Counted from the stretch's first letter, positions 36,787-46,044 are shown. The stretch: 64,000 nt of DNA from Phycisphaerales bacterium (GCA_044354475.1 JBIKZY010000001.1:10233-74232); one strand, 5' to 3'. Numbers and translations: made by a program. Notes: a model not told the origin generated them from the letters alone.

Positions 36787-39132
36787 ATGAACCAAACCAC
36801 ACACCGTCCGCGTGCCCCGCTATTTCTCAGCCCCGAGTTGCTCGACCAAGCAATTCAAATTAGTGCTCCCGCGACAGTCGCCGGCGGCGCACCAGCGGTG
36901 ACGGTGGCTCTCACCACATCGGTGGCGCAAATGGGTGTGGCGCGCACCATGGCAACGCTCCTGCGTGTCAACCAAACCACCGGCTTTGACTGCCCCGGCT
37001 GCGCGTGGCCAGACCCTGCAGGCAGCCGTTCCAAGTTTGAATTCTGCGAAAACGGCGCGAAGGCGATCGCCGAAGAAGCGACGCTGGCCCGCGCCACTCC
37101 AGCATTCTTTGCCGCGCATTCCGTTGAAGAACTTTCACACCAAAGCGATTACCAACTCGGCAAACAGGGTCGCATCACCGAGCCGATGTATCTGCCGCGC
37201 GGGGGCACGCACTATGTGCCAATCTCATGGGCAAACGCCTTCACGGTGATTGCCGATGAACTGAAAGCCCTGAAATCCCCAAACGAAGCGCTCTTCTATA
37301 CGTCCGGCCGCACCAGCAACGAAGCTGCGTTCCTCTATCAGTTGTTCGTGCGCATGTTCGGCACCAACAATCTCCCCGACTGTTCGAACATGTGTCACGA
37401 GTCGAGCGGCGTTGGCATGATGCGAACGATCGGATCTGGTAAGGGCACTGTCACGCTCAAAGACTTTGAGTCCGCAGACTGTATTGTGGTGATCGGTCAG
37501 AATCCGGGCACCAACCATCCGCGCATGCTGATCACGCTGCAAGAAGCCGCGCGCCGCGGTTGCAAGATCGTGAGCATCAACCCGCTTGCAGAAGCTGGCC
37601 TGAAGCGATTCCGCCACCCGCAAGAAGTCGGCGGCATGTTGGGTATGAGCACCGCCCTTGCCACGCACCACGTGCCGGTGCGCATCAATGGCGATGTTGC
37701 GCTTCTGAAGGGCATTCAAAAGGCAATCCTGGAAACGCCGGGCGCGCGCATTGATCGTGCATTCATCAGTCAATACACCGAAGGCTTCGATGCCTACCGC
37801 GCGAATCTGGAGGCGGAGGAGTGGAGCGCCATCGTGGATGGCTCTGGCATTTCCGAAGCGGAGATTCGTGATGTTGCAGCCGTGATCGGCCAGTCAAAGG
37901 CCATGATCTGCTGCTGGGCGATGGGATTGACCCAACACCAGAACGCGGTTGCAAACATTCAGGAGATCATCAATCTCTTGATGCTGGGCGGGCACCTTGG
38001 GCGCCCGGGCGCTGGCGCATGCCCCGTGCGTGGTCATAGCAATGTGCAAGGCGACCGCACCATGGGAATCTGGGAACGCCCAAGCCCGGCGTTCTTAAAG
38101 AGTCTCGCCGATGAGTTTGGTTTCGAGCCGCCGGTTGAGCACGGACACAGCACCGTTGAAGCCATCAACGCCATGCACCATGGACAAGCCAAAGTGTTCA
38201 TCGCACTTGGTGGCAACTTCCTGTCAGCAACACCGGATACCGCATACACCGCACAGGCGCTCACTAACTGCAGCCTGACCGTACAGATTTCAACCAAGCT
38301 GAATCGATCGCATCTGATCACCGGCGAGCATGCGTTGATGCTGCCCTGCCTCGGTCGCACCGAGCGAGACATCCAAAGCAGCGGCGCGCAGTTTGTGAGC
38401 GTGGAAGACTCCATGGGAATCGTTCATGCATCCACTGGAACACTGGCACCGGCATCCGAGCACCTGCTGAGCGAGCCCGCGATTGTCGCCGCCATGGCGG
38501 GCGCAACGCTCGGCGTTGATTGGAGCGGCTACGTGGCGAACTATGACGCTATCCGCGCCCGCATTACGCGCGTCATTCCCGGCTTTGAGGACATGAACAT
38601 GCGCATTCGGCAGCCGAATGGATTTGAATTGCCGCACGCAGTCCGCGATCGCCGCGAGTTCCGCACCGCGGATGGCAAGGCGAAATTCACTGTTCACCAC
38701 ATTCCCAAGCTGCCCGTTGGTCCTGGTCAGTTCATCATGACCACCATCCGGTCGCATGATCAGTTCAACACCACCATCTATGGTCTTGACGACCGGTACC
38801 GCGGCATTCGCAACGGCCGCCGCGTGGTGCTCATGAATGCCTCGGATATCACGTCACACCAGTTCGCTGATGGCGATGCCGTTGATATCGTGAGTCACTA
38901 CAACGGAACCGAACGGCGCGCGCACAATTTCCGCATCGTGTCTTATGAGATCCCGCGTGGGTGCCTCGCGAGTTACTTCCCGGAGACAAATGTGTTGGTG
39001 CCGATTGATAGTTTCGCCGAAGGCAGCCATACGCCTACTTCAAAGTCGGTGATCGTGTCCCTGGTGAAGGCGACGCAAGTGCAGGCGACCCAAATGAAGG
39101 CGATCCAAGCAAAGGCGACTATTGGCCACTGA
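36787..39132 (+). CDS. FdhF/YdeP-family molybdopterin oxidoreductase
   Basis: The YdeP-type N-terminus is GFDCPGCAWPDP..FEFCENGAKA. The active-site region is CSNMCHESSG (Cys, with no in-frame TGA). The length is typical. Confidence 0.9.
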   Translation: MNQTTHRPRAPLFLSPELLDQAIQISAPATVAGGAPAVTVALTTSVAQMGVARTMATLLRVNQTTGFDCPGCAWPDPAGSRSKFEFCENGAKAIAEEATLARATPAFFAAHSVEELSHQSDYQLGKQGRITEPMYLPRGGTHYVPISWANAFTVIADELKALKSPNEALFYTSGRTSNEAAFLYQLFVRMFGTNNLPDCSNMCHESSGVGMMRTIGSGKGTVTLKDFESADCIVVIGQNPGTNHPRMLITLQEAARRGCKIVSINPLAEAGLKRFRHPQEVGGMLGMSTALATHHVPVRINGDVALLKGIQKAILETPGARIDRAFISQYTEGFDAYRANLEAEEWSAIVDGSGISEAEIRDVAAVIGQSKAMICCWAMGLTQHQNAVANIQEIINLLMLGGHLGRPGAGACPVRGHSNVQGDRTMGIWERPSPAFLKSLADEFGFEPPVEHGHSTVEAINAMHHGQAKVFIALGGNFLSATPDTAYTAQALTNCSLTVQISTKLNRSHLITGEHALMLPCLGRTERDIQSSGAQFVSVEDSMGIVHASTGTLAPASEHLLSEPAIVAAMAGATLGVDWSGYVANYDAIRARITRVIPGFEDMNMRIRQPNGFELPHAVRDRREFRTADGKAKFTVHHIPKLPVGPGQFIMTTIRSHDQFNTTIYGLDDRYRGIRNGRRVVLMNASDITSHQFADGDAVDIVSHYNGTERRAHNFRIVSYEIPRGCLASYFPETNVLVPIDSFAEGSHTPTSKSVIVSLVKATQVQATQMKAIQAKATIGH

Positions 39133-39676
39133 GCTGTACGGCTTGGTGCTGACCGGCGGGGCAAGTTCCCGTATGGGCCGCGATAAAGCAGAAATCATTT
39201 ACGGCGAACAGCCACACTGGCGCGCGGCGGCTGACATCTTGGCGCCGATCTGCGCGCGCACCTACTGGTCCTGCACCGCAAAGCAACGAGATGATTGGGG
39301 AGTTGGCGAATCGGGGGTCCTTGATCACATACCTGGTCACGGCCCCGCAAGCGGACTGCACGCCGCTTTCCTGCGCGCGCCGGATGCTGCATGGATCGTC
39401 ATCGGATGCGATTACCCATTCTTGGAAACGCAAGACATCCGCCGCCTGCTTGAAGCGCGCGCACCCGGAAAGGACGCGGTGACATTCCTCAATCACGAGA
39501 CAGATGAGATCGAGCCCATGATTTCCCTCTGGGAGCCCTTAGCCGTGCAGCACTTCATGCAACGCTTTGCGGCAGGCGAACACAGCCCGCGCCGCATACT
39601 GCAGTCCTGCAAGTTAGTGACCGTGATGCCGCGCGAGCAGCAAGTCCTACACAATCGCAACAGCCCTAAGGAGTAG
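39122..39676 (+). CDS. mobA: molybdenum cofactor guanylyltransferase MobA-like
   Basis: The N-terminal motif is LYGLVLTGGASSRMGRDKAEI. The putative TTG start overlaps the end of the preceding gene, so the start is uncertain. Confidence 0.75.
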   Translation: MATELYGLVLTGGASSRMGRDKAEIIYGEQPHWRAAADILAPICARTYWSCTAKQRDDWGVGESGVLDHIPGHGPASGLHAAFLRAPDAAWIVIGCDYPFLETQDIRRLLEARAPGKDAVTFLNHETDEIEPMISLWEPLAVQHFMQRFAAGEHSPRRILQSCKLVTVMPREQQVLHNRNSPKE

Positions 39677-39786
39677 TCGAAGATGGACCCGAACGGAATG
39701 GTGGCAATCAGAGCACGCCTCGCCCAAGCGGCTGCCATGGTGGCTGCTATGTTCATACTCGCGGCTTCCAAGCCGACAACGGTTCA

Positions 39787-39996
39787 AACAATATTGTGGT
39801 GCGGGCCAGTGACGACGGCGGGTCCACATGGCCACGCGCACTACCCATCTATCCCGGCAACTTTGCATACAGCGTCCCCGTGGTGCTCGGCGACTCACGC
39901 ATTGGAATACTCTTCGAACGCGATTCCAACAGCAAGATCTCATTCATCACGCTTGAACTCACCATCAACGCCGCACCTGCGCCAAAGATCCCATGA
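39787..39996 (+). pseudogene. C-terminal fragment of a BNR/Asp-box sialidase-like glycosidase
   Basis: NNIVVRASDDGGSTW is an Asp-box (SxDxGxTW). It is followed by FAYSVPVVLGDSRIGILFERD..ISFITL, typical of the last blade of sialidases. The frame is closed upstream at 39667 inside mobA, so at most about 109 aa remain. Confidence 0.5.
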
Positions 39997-41099
39997 ATAA
40001 AGTACTTGTCTCTGCCCTCCGCTATTCGCAAGGTCCGGACGCCACCGCAGGCTTGGCTACCGAAATGGTGGGGCTCGGTCTGCGTGGTCCAGTCTGCATC
40101 ATTGCTAGTCGATCGGCACAGAAAGAACTTGAAGCAACATGGACCACGGTGTTCGCTGCGGCTGGCATGGTGTTCGTGATTCATCCGTTTAGCGGCGAAT
40201 GTTCGCGCAACGAGATCGCACGCGGGCGCGCGGCAGCAGCGGCATGCGGAGCACAGGTGATCGTGGGGGCTGGCGGCGGCAAGGCGCTCGACACCGGTCG
40301 CGCTGTCGCGGCAGAGCTTGGCATTCCCGCTGTCTGCTGCCCAACCATTGCGTCAACTGACGCGCCATGCAGCGCCATCTCCGCCGTCTACAGCGATGAA
40401 GGTCTGTTTGAAACCTATCTCTTTCACCCGCACAATCCAAACTTGGTCTTGGTGGATTCCACAGTGATTGCGCGTGCACCGGTACGGCTCTTAGTGGCCG
40501 GTATGGGCGACGCACTTTCCACGTGGTTTGAAGCACGCGCGTGCATGCGCAGCGGCGCGCGCAACTCGCGCAACGGCGTTTCCACCGGCGCTGGCATGGC
40601 GATCGCGGAACTCTGCTGGCGCATCCTGCAAGCGGACGGGGTAAGCGCGTTGGACGCCATGAAGACACCAACCGCTACGCCCTCGCCAGCGCTCGAACGC
40701 ATCATCGAAGCGAACACCCTGCTCTCTGGTATCGGATTTGAATCAGCCGGACTCGCGGCAGCGCACGCCATTCACAACGGCCTCACCGTTGCGCCCGAGG
40801 TGCATGCATTTCATCACGGCGAAAAAGTTGCCTTTGGAACACTTGCGCAATTGATGCTTGAAGACGCTCCGCAAGAAGAAATCACCGCGGTGCTCAACTT
40901 CTGCACATCGGTCGGCTTACCGGTGACGCTTGCCCAGATCGGGCTTCATGACCCGAGTGATGTACTGTTACTACGCATCGCCGAGCGAGCCACCATCGCC
41001 TCAGACACCATTCACAACGAACCGTTCCAAGTCACAGCCAACGCCGTACTGCAGGCGATCAAACGCGCGGATACCGCGGGACGTGCTGCTATTCAGTGA
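39993..41099 (+). CDS. gldA: glycerol dehydrogenase (iron-containing ADH family)
   Basis: The motifs GAGGGKALDTGRAVA, PTIASTDAPCS and AAHAIHNGLT are present. Confidence 0.88.
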   Translation: MNKVLVSALRYSQGPDATAGLATEMVGLGLRGPVCIIASRSAQKELEATWTTVFAAAGMVFVIHPFSGECSRNEIARGRAAAAACGAQVIVGAGGGKALDTGRAVAAELGIPAVCCPTIASTDAPCSAISAVYSDEGLFETYLFHPHNPNLVLVDSTVIARAPVRLLVAGMGDALSTWFEARACMRSGARNSRNGVSTGAGMAIAELCWRILQADGVSALDAMKTPTATPSPALERIIEANTLLSGIGFESAGLAAAHAIHNGLTVAPEVHAFHHGEKVAFGTLAQLMLEDAPQEEITAVLNFCTSVGLPVTLAQIGLHDPSDVLLLRIAERATIASDTIHNEPFQVTANAVLQAIKRADTAGRAAIQ

Positions 41100-41697
41100 C
41101 GCCGTCACGGGCTTCACGAAGCGTGACATCGGGAAAGTGGTACACGGCCACGTTGTGTCGCTTACCGCGCCGCTGGGCACGGGCCTCACGAACGAAAGAC
41201 ATCAGTTCGTTGACCTTGGCGTTGACTTCCTGAAGTTGTTGGTCATCAAGCCACGTGGTTTCCGAAACCAACGCAGCATTACGCAGGTCGCGTGCCTCAA
41301 CCGCCTTTTTCATACGCGCCTTACCCCAGCGGCGCAGGCGCAGGGCAAGATCACTAAGAAGTTGCGCGCCCAAGGAAATGGACGAATGACCATCGCTTGA
41401 TTGTTCAGTGGACTGTCGATTCCAAGCGACGGCTGCACCAGGCCTGAACACGCGCCGCGGGCGTCCCTTACCAACTTCAATCTCCACCGCCACCAACTGC
41501 GCGGCCTCTAGAATCTCTAGATGCGGATAGAGCGAAGTGCCGGTCCGCCCGGTCCATCCACTCAGGTCCTTGATGGTGGCGCGACCAGCCCCCTCGATGA
41601 ATTGCAGCAGTTGCAGGCGATGGGCGGATGAAATGGCGTCCCATTGGACTGCCGTCCAAGAAGGAAGGGTGCCATCAGGGGAGGTGTGGGTAGACAT
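41089..41697 (-). CDS. winged-helix (ArsR/MarR-like) transcriptional regulator
   Basis: The HTH-like segment is HRLQLLQFIEGAGRATIKDLSGWTGRTGTSLYPHLEILEAAQLV. It overlaps gldA convergently by 11 bp. Confidence 0.6.
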   Translation of the reverse strand: MSTHTSPDGTLPSWTAVQWDAISSAHRLQLLQFIEGAGRATIKDLSGWTGRTGTSLYPHLEILEAAQLVAVEIEVGKGRPRRVFRPGAAVAWNRQSTEQSSDGHSSISLGAQLLSDLALRLRRWGKARMKKAVEARDLRNAALVSETTWLDDQQLQEVNAKVNELMSFVREARAQRRGKRHNVAVYHFPDVTLREARDGVTE

Positions 41698-42124
41698 ATG
41701 AGGTGGGGATTGGGTATGGGGTGCGGGTTATCAGAACAAAATTGCGTGAGAGATAGCCACCTCAGCAAAGGCCCACGGTGCGGTTTCGCTGCCTCCGGGT
41801 GCCGGATTCATTCAAAGCGGCTATTTCTGAAAACACTTCCCGAAGCTGGCCCGTCACCCCGGCCCGGTTCGAACCCATGGTCATTGCCACCAACAAACGA
41901 CACTCCAACGTCAATACCCCTGCAATTATTGAAAAACTCCCGATCTGCTGCTTGTTGACGGGCACATCCGCGCTACCTTTCGTCTTAGTGAAAGTCTGAC
42001 AATTGCCACGCAATTTCGGTGCGCGTGGTGACCAAATGACTGTTCGGTAGACCCCGGACACATGTGTGAAGCGAGCAGATCGCCTGCCCGTCATCATCTT
42101 TATTAGACAAGGAACTTCTCCAGG

Positions 42125-43699
42125 ATGTCAATCTTCAAGTCTTCCATCGCCGTTCTCGCCACCGCGTGTCTTGCCGCTTCGGCGCAGGCGCAGTTGGATC
42201 CACCAGTGTTTACTGCCGGACCGGATACTTCTACGCGATACAACGTCAATTCAACCAGTACCACCTACCCGACCGGTCGCCCCGACGCGACTGCCTACGC
42301 ACCGGTGTACGTGACATCAAACGGCGGGTCGACCCTCCGACTGAACCAAGCCAGCGTCGGTATCCGCCGCGTTGGCAGCGTCGCAACGCCAGCAGTGGCA
42401 GTGACCGTGGAAGTCACCATCCTGGAGATGACCTTCGACGGCACCAACTACAACCTTGGCAATGTGGTCCAGACCTTCACGCAGGACTTAGCCGCGTCCA
42501 CCACCTCGCTCACGCAAGTGGTTTCCAAGTCATGGGGCGATGCTGACCCAGCGGTTCGTCCAGTGGTGAACCTGCAGACCGTTACCAACGGCGCCAATGG
42601 TTACGCCGGCTTCTGGGTTGGCGTCCGCTTCACCGGCGCTGGGTCGAGCAGCAGTACCAACGGATGGCGCGTCGTCACTGAGCCCGTCCTTGGTCGTTCC
42701 AACAACAACTTCGGCATCAATGACCCAACCAACACGGGTTGGGGTGCAAACTTCTACTTTGGCACCACCGTCGGTACTGACGGCGTGACCCGCGAGAACC
42801 AAGCTCGTTTCTCCGTGAACGTGAACGGTTTGGTGACTGATTCAGTCACCCCGCCCCCAAACTTTGTGTACGGCAAAGTCTTTGAAACCGGCGCGTACTG
42901 GAAGCCGACCGATGCGCTCGATGGCGTTGGTTCCAAGTGGTTCTACAACAGCGCCTTCGTGCGAGCCAATGCTGGCGATGCCCTGACCCCAAACAAGGTG
43001 TCGATGGACGTCTACCGCGGCGGCACGGCCCTGACTCCGGCTCCGGCCGTCGGCGTCGAACTGGCATTGGTCAAGATGACTTGGGACGCAGTTGCTGGCA
43101 CCTACGGTGTTGGCGATGTGGTGGCAACCCAGACGTTCCAGCTTGCAGCGTCCGAAACGGCCAGGACGGATCGCATCGATTGGACGTGGAGCAACCCAGC
43201 GACGGCGCCAGTAGTTGCTTTGAACACCGACAATCCTGCGAACGCCAACCTGGGCGGACTGTGGGTGGGTGCTCGTTTCCTCGGTGACGCCGACGCACTG
43301 TTCGGCAACAACGGCCCAATCACCGGGTTCACTCCAGCGTACGGCGCCTCGTTTAATAGTTTCGCTATGGACGATGCTGGGGTGCTCACCACCTACACCT
43401 TCACCCCGGCGTACACCTGGACCCCAGCCGCGACGGGCGTCGCTGTGTTCTACAACCGTCCATCGCGCTTCATGCTTGACCTGCTCGGAGTGGTTGGACC
43501 GAACGTTCCGCCACCTCCGGCCTGCCCTGCTGACTTGAACCGCGACGGCGTGGTCAACGGTGCCGACCTTGGTCTGATGCTCGGCGCATGGGGCCCATGC
43601 CAATCCAGCCCATGTGCTGCTGACTTGAACCTCGACGGCGTGGTCAACGGTGCTGACCTTGGTCTGATGCTCGGTGCTTGGGGCAACTGCCCAGTCTGA
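42125..43699 (+). CDS. secreted protein of unknown function, internally duplicated, with dockerin-like anchor
   Basis: The signal peptide is MSIFKSSIAVLATACLAASAQAQ. Two homologous ~200-aa halves are visible. The tail is CPADLNRDGVVNGADLGLMLGAWGPC..CAADLNLDGVVNGADLGLMLGAWGNC. Confidence 0.85.
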   Translation: MSIFKSSIAVLATACLAASAQAQLDPPVFTAGPDTSTRYNVNSTSTTYPTGRPDATAYAPVYVTSNGGSTLRLNQASVGIRRVGSVATPAVAVTVEVTILEMTFDGTNYNLGNVVQTFTQDLAASTTSLTQVVSKSWGDADPAVRPVVNLQTVTNGANGYAGFWVGVRFTGAGSSSSTNGWRVVTEPVLGRSNNNFGINDPTNTGWGANFYFGTTVGTDGVTRENQARFSVNVNGLVTDSVTPPPNFVYGKVFETGAYWKPTDALDGVGSKWFYNSAFVRANAGDALTPNKVSMDVYRGGTALTPAPAVGVELALVKMTWDAVAGTYGVGDVVATQTFQLAASETARTDRIDWTWSNPATAPVVALNTDNPANANLGGLWVGARFLGDADALFGNNGPITGFTPAYGASFNSFAMDDAGVLTTYTFTPAYTWTPAATGVAVFYNRPSRFMLDLLGVVGPNVPPPPACPADLNRDGVVNGADLGLMLGAWGPCQSSPCAADLNLDGVVNGADLGLMLGAWGNCPV

Positions 43700-43728
43700 C
43701 CGAAGCGCTCCATTTCACTGCTACTAAC

Positions 43729-43772
43729 AAGTTCGCTGCTCGAGGCCACCCCTCGAGCAGCGAACTTCTTTC
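43729..43772 (+). terminator. 17-bp perfect hairpin ending 5 nt before the DUF485 start codon
   Basis: aagttcgctgctcgagg-ccacc-cctcgagcagcgaactt, then ctttc, then ATG. Confidence 0.6.
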
Positions 43773-44081
43773 ATGGGCAGAGCAGGCACATCACCCGGGT
43801 TCGCTCCTATCCTCCGCACCGTGCCAGACCAACCAGCAGCGCGTTCCTCAACCAGCACTCCAAATCGCCACCAGCATCGACGTGATTGGAAACGCTGGGC
43901 GCTGCTGTCCCTGTACATCGCTGCATACGGCGGATTCATTGGCGTAGCAGTCAGTGCGCCAGCACTGTTGGCGACCACCGTCATCGGTGGCATCAATCTT
44001 GCAGTGGTGTGGGGATTTGCACTGATCGTGCTGGCCTTCGTTATTGCGCTGGCTGCACTTCGCCTTCCGGAGCAAGCCTGA
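43773..44081 (+). CDS. DUF485 (YjcH-like) small membrane protein
   Basis: It has two TM helices after RRDWKRWALLSLYIAAYGGFIG. It lies directly upstream of actP, which is the canonical pairing. Confidence 0.8.
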   Translation: MGRAGTSPGFAPILRTVPDQPAARSSTSTPNRHQHRRDWKRWALLSLYIAAYGGFIGVAVSAPALLATTVIGGINLAVVWGFALIVLAFVIALAALRLPEQA

Positions 44082-44082
44082 C

Positions 44083-45831
44083 ATGCTGGCAAACACCATC
44101 CCCACCGACTGGGTTTCCGTTGGCGTCTTCGGCGCCTTCACTGTGGCCGTACTGGTACTGAGTTCACTGCTCGGCCGCCGCGCATCAAGTGCCAAGGGCT
44201 ACTTTGCAGCGCACGGGCAAATCGGTTGGTTTGTGAATGGCATTGCGTTTGCGGGCGACTATCTCTCCGCCGCCAGTTTCCTGGGTATCTGCGGACTGAT
44301 TGCATTCTGGGGCTATGACGGCTTCCTCTACTCCATCGGATACCTGGCTGGATGGATCGTGGCACTGCTAGTGGTTGCAGAACCCATTCGTCGGCTTGGT
44401 AAGTACACGTTTGCAGATGCACTCAATGCACGATTCGGCTCACGCCTGGTCACGCTTGCTGCAGCTGTGAGCACGCTACTGGTCAGCCTCTTCTATCTCA
44501 TCCCGCAAATGGTGGGCGCGGGTGCACTCATCAAACCATTGCTGGGGCTGCCATCATGGGTGGGAGTTGGACTGGTGGGCGTGGTAGTGACGGTGATCGT
44601 GACTACCGCCGGAATGGTCAGTACCACGTGGGTGCAGTTCATCAAGGGCGGACTCTTGCTTTCTTTGTGCGCCATTCTTGCTGCACTGATTCTGGGGCGC
44701 GGATTTGAAGTACGCGCGTCAGGACCGGCGCGCGAGGCACCCGCGCGCAACGTTGGATCCGTGGTTGCACTGCCCGCGTGGGCCATCATAGAAGGTCCAC
44801 CAGGCGAAGGGGCAATCTTCGCAGTGGATCCGGATGGACTGGTACGTACCGAAGGCGCGCGCACTGGTCCACTCGGCCCGATCGACTTCCTACGCGTCTT
44901 CTCCGCAAGCGACATTGCTGCGTGGCGCACTATCAGTGCCAAGGATGAAACCGGCGCCGTGCACAGTATGGCTACCCCGGAGACGATCCATGGTGATGTG
45001 CTGCTCCAACCAGGAAACAGCCCCGCATTCAGGGGCTTGCGTTCTGGAAGCGTGATGGACCGCGTTGACTTTGTATCACTGATGCTGGCGCTCTTCTTAG
45101 GGACGGCCAGCCTGCCGCACATCTTGATCCGTTACTACACCGTGTCCGATGTACGCAGTGCGCGGCTCAGCACCGTGGTGGGCATTGGCGCCATCGGATC
45201 GTTCTACATTCTGACGCTGTACTTGGGTCTTGGTGCCATGACTGGTGGCGCGCTGGACACCTCCGATAGCAATATGTCTGCGCCACTCTTGGCGCGCAGC
45301 TTTGGCAGCGTGCTCTTTGCGCTGATTTCCAGCGTGGCGTTCTTCACGGTGCTTGGAACGGTCAGTGGGTTGGTGCTTGCGGGTAGCGGCGCTGTGGCGC
45401 GCGACTTGGTCATCACCGTGCTCGGTCGCACGCCGGATGATCACGCACAAGTACGCATCGCGCGTATTGCAGCGTTGGCGCTGGGCACGTGCGCCATGAT
45501 TCTTGGGCTGCTGTTCAAAGACCTGAATGCATCGTTCCTGGTGGGATGGGCATTCAATATTGCTGCCAGCGCCAACCTACCAGCGCTGCTGATGGCACTG
45601 TTCTGGAAGCGCGCCACTCAGGAGGGCATTGCCACCGCCATCATCGTGGGGCTGTCCTCCAGCTTGGTGTGGGTGCTGCTTTCCAAGGATGCGTTTGAGA
45701 AGGTCTACGGTCTTCCTGGCGCCGATGCGTGGATGCCATTTAGCCAGCCCGCGTTGGTCACCATCCCGCTGGGCGCGGTAGCCGGCATCTTGGTGTCACT
45801 GGCAACGCGCCCGCGAACGCAGCCCGTCTGA
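44083..45831 (+). CDS. actP: cation/acetate symporter ActP (sodium:solute symporter family)
   Basis: ATG at 44083 lies 1 nt after the DUF485 stop. SSS-family motifs are present (GDYLSAASFLGI, GTASLPHILIRYYT). Confidence 0.85.
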   Translation: MLANTIPTDWVSVGVFGAFTVAVLVLSSLLGRRASSAKGYFAAHGQIGWFVNGIAFAGDYLSAASFLGICGLIAFWGYDGFLYSIGYLAGWIVALLVVAEPIRRLGKYTFADALNARFGSRLVTLAAAVSTLLVSLFYLIPQMVGAGALIKPLLGLPSWVGVGLVGVVVTVIVTTAGMVSTTWVQFIKGGLLLSLCAILAALILGRGFEVRASGPAREAPARNVGSVVALPAWAIIEGPPGEGAIFAVDPDGLVRTEGARTGPLGPIDFLRVFSASDIAAWRTISAKDETGAVHSMATPETIHGDVLLQPGNSPAFRGLRSGSVMDRVDFVSLMLALFLGTASLPHILIRYYTVSDVRSARLSTVVGIGAIGSFYILTLYLGLGAMTGGALDTSDSNMSAPLLARSFGSVLFALISSVAFFTVLGTVSGLVLAGSGAVARDLVITVLGRTPDDHAQVRIARIAALALGTCAMILGLLFKDLNASFLVGWAFNIAASANLPALLMALFWKRATQEGIATAIIVGLSSSLVWVLLSKDAFEKVYGLPGADAWMPFSQPALVTIPLGAVAGILVSLATRPRTQPV

Positions 45832-45870
45832 CGCACTCAGCCTGATGGACTCAGGCTGCCGCCCTACGCA

Positions 45871-45998
45871 AATGAAACAGGACCTCAATGAAACAGGACC
45901 TTAATGAAACAGGGCCTTAATGAAACAGGGCCTTAATCAACCAGGGCCTCAATGAAACAGGGGCTCAATGAAACAGGGGCTCAATGAAACAGGGGCGA
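45871..45998. repeat. 16-bp tandem repeat, 7 full copies plus an eighth that forms the left arm of the terminator hairpin
   Basis: AATGAAACAGGACCTC/..GGACCTT/..GGGCCTT/..GGGCCTT/AATCAACCAGGGCCTC/..GGGGCTC/..GGGGCTC/AATGAAACAGGGGCGACC.., read directly. Confidence 0.9.
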
Positions 45999-46018
45999 CC
46001 GTGATGGTCGCCCCTGTT
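45988..46018. terminator. 13-bp perfect hairpin between convergent actP and a PEP-CTERM gene
   Basis: aacaggggcgacc-gtgat-ggtcgcccctgtt. The flanks are moderately T-rich on both strands. Confidence 0.6.
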
Positions 46019-46044
46019 GTGTTTCCGTGAGTTCCGCAGTTCTC

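Noticed and set aside
36787-39132. Selenocysteine (in-frame TGA) in the FdhF/YdeP-like enzyme
   Set aside because: The frame is uninterrupted and the active-site position is Cys (CSNMCHESSG). There is no SECIS-like requirement.
41855-41900. tRNA-like fragment (ggttcgaaccc...gccacca) in the intergenic region upstream of gene 42125
   Set aside because: Only a T-loop-like hexamer and an ACCA end are present. I could not fold T-stem, acceptor or anticodon arms. It may be coincidence or an extremely decayed att remnant.
45871-45998. Possible CRISPR array
   Set aside because: The units are only 16 bp, directly abutting with no spacers, and they degrade into a terminator arm. No cas genes are present.
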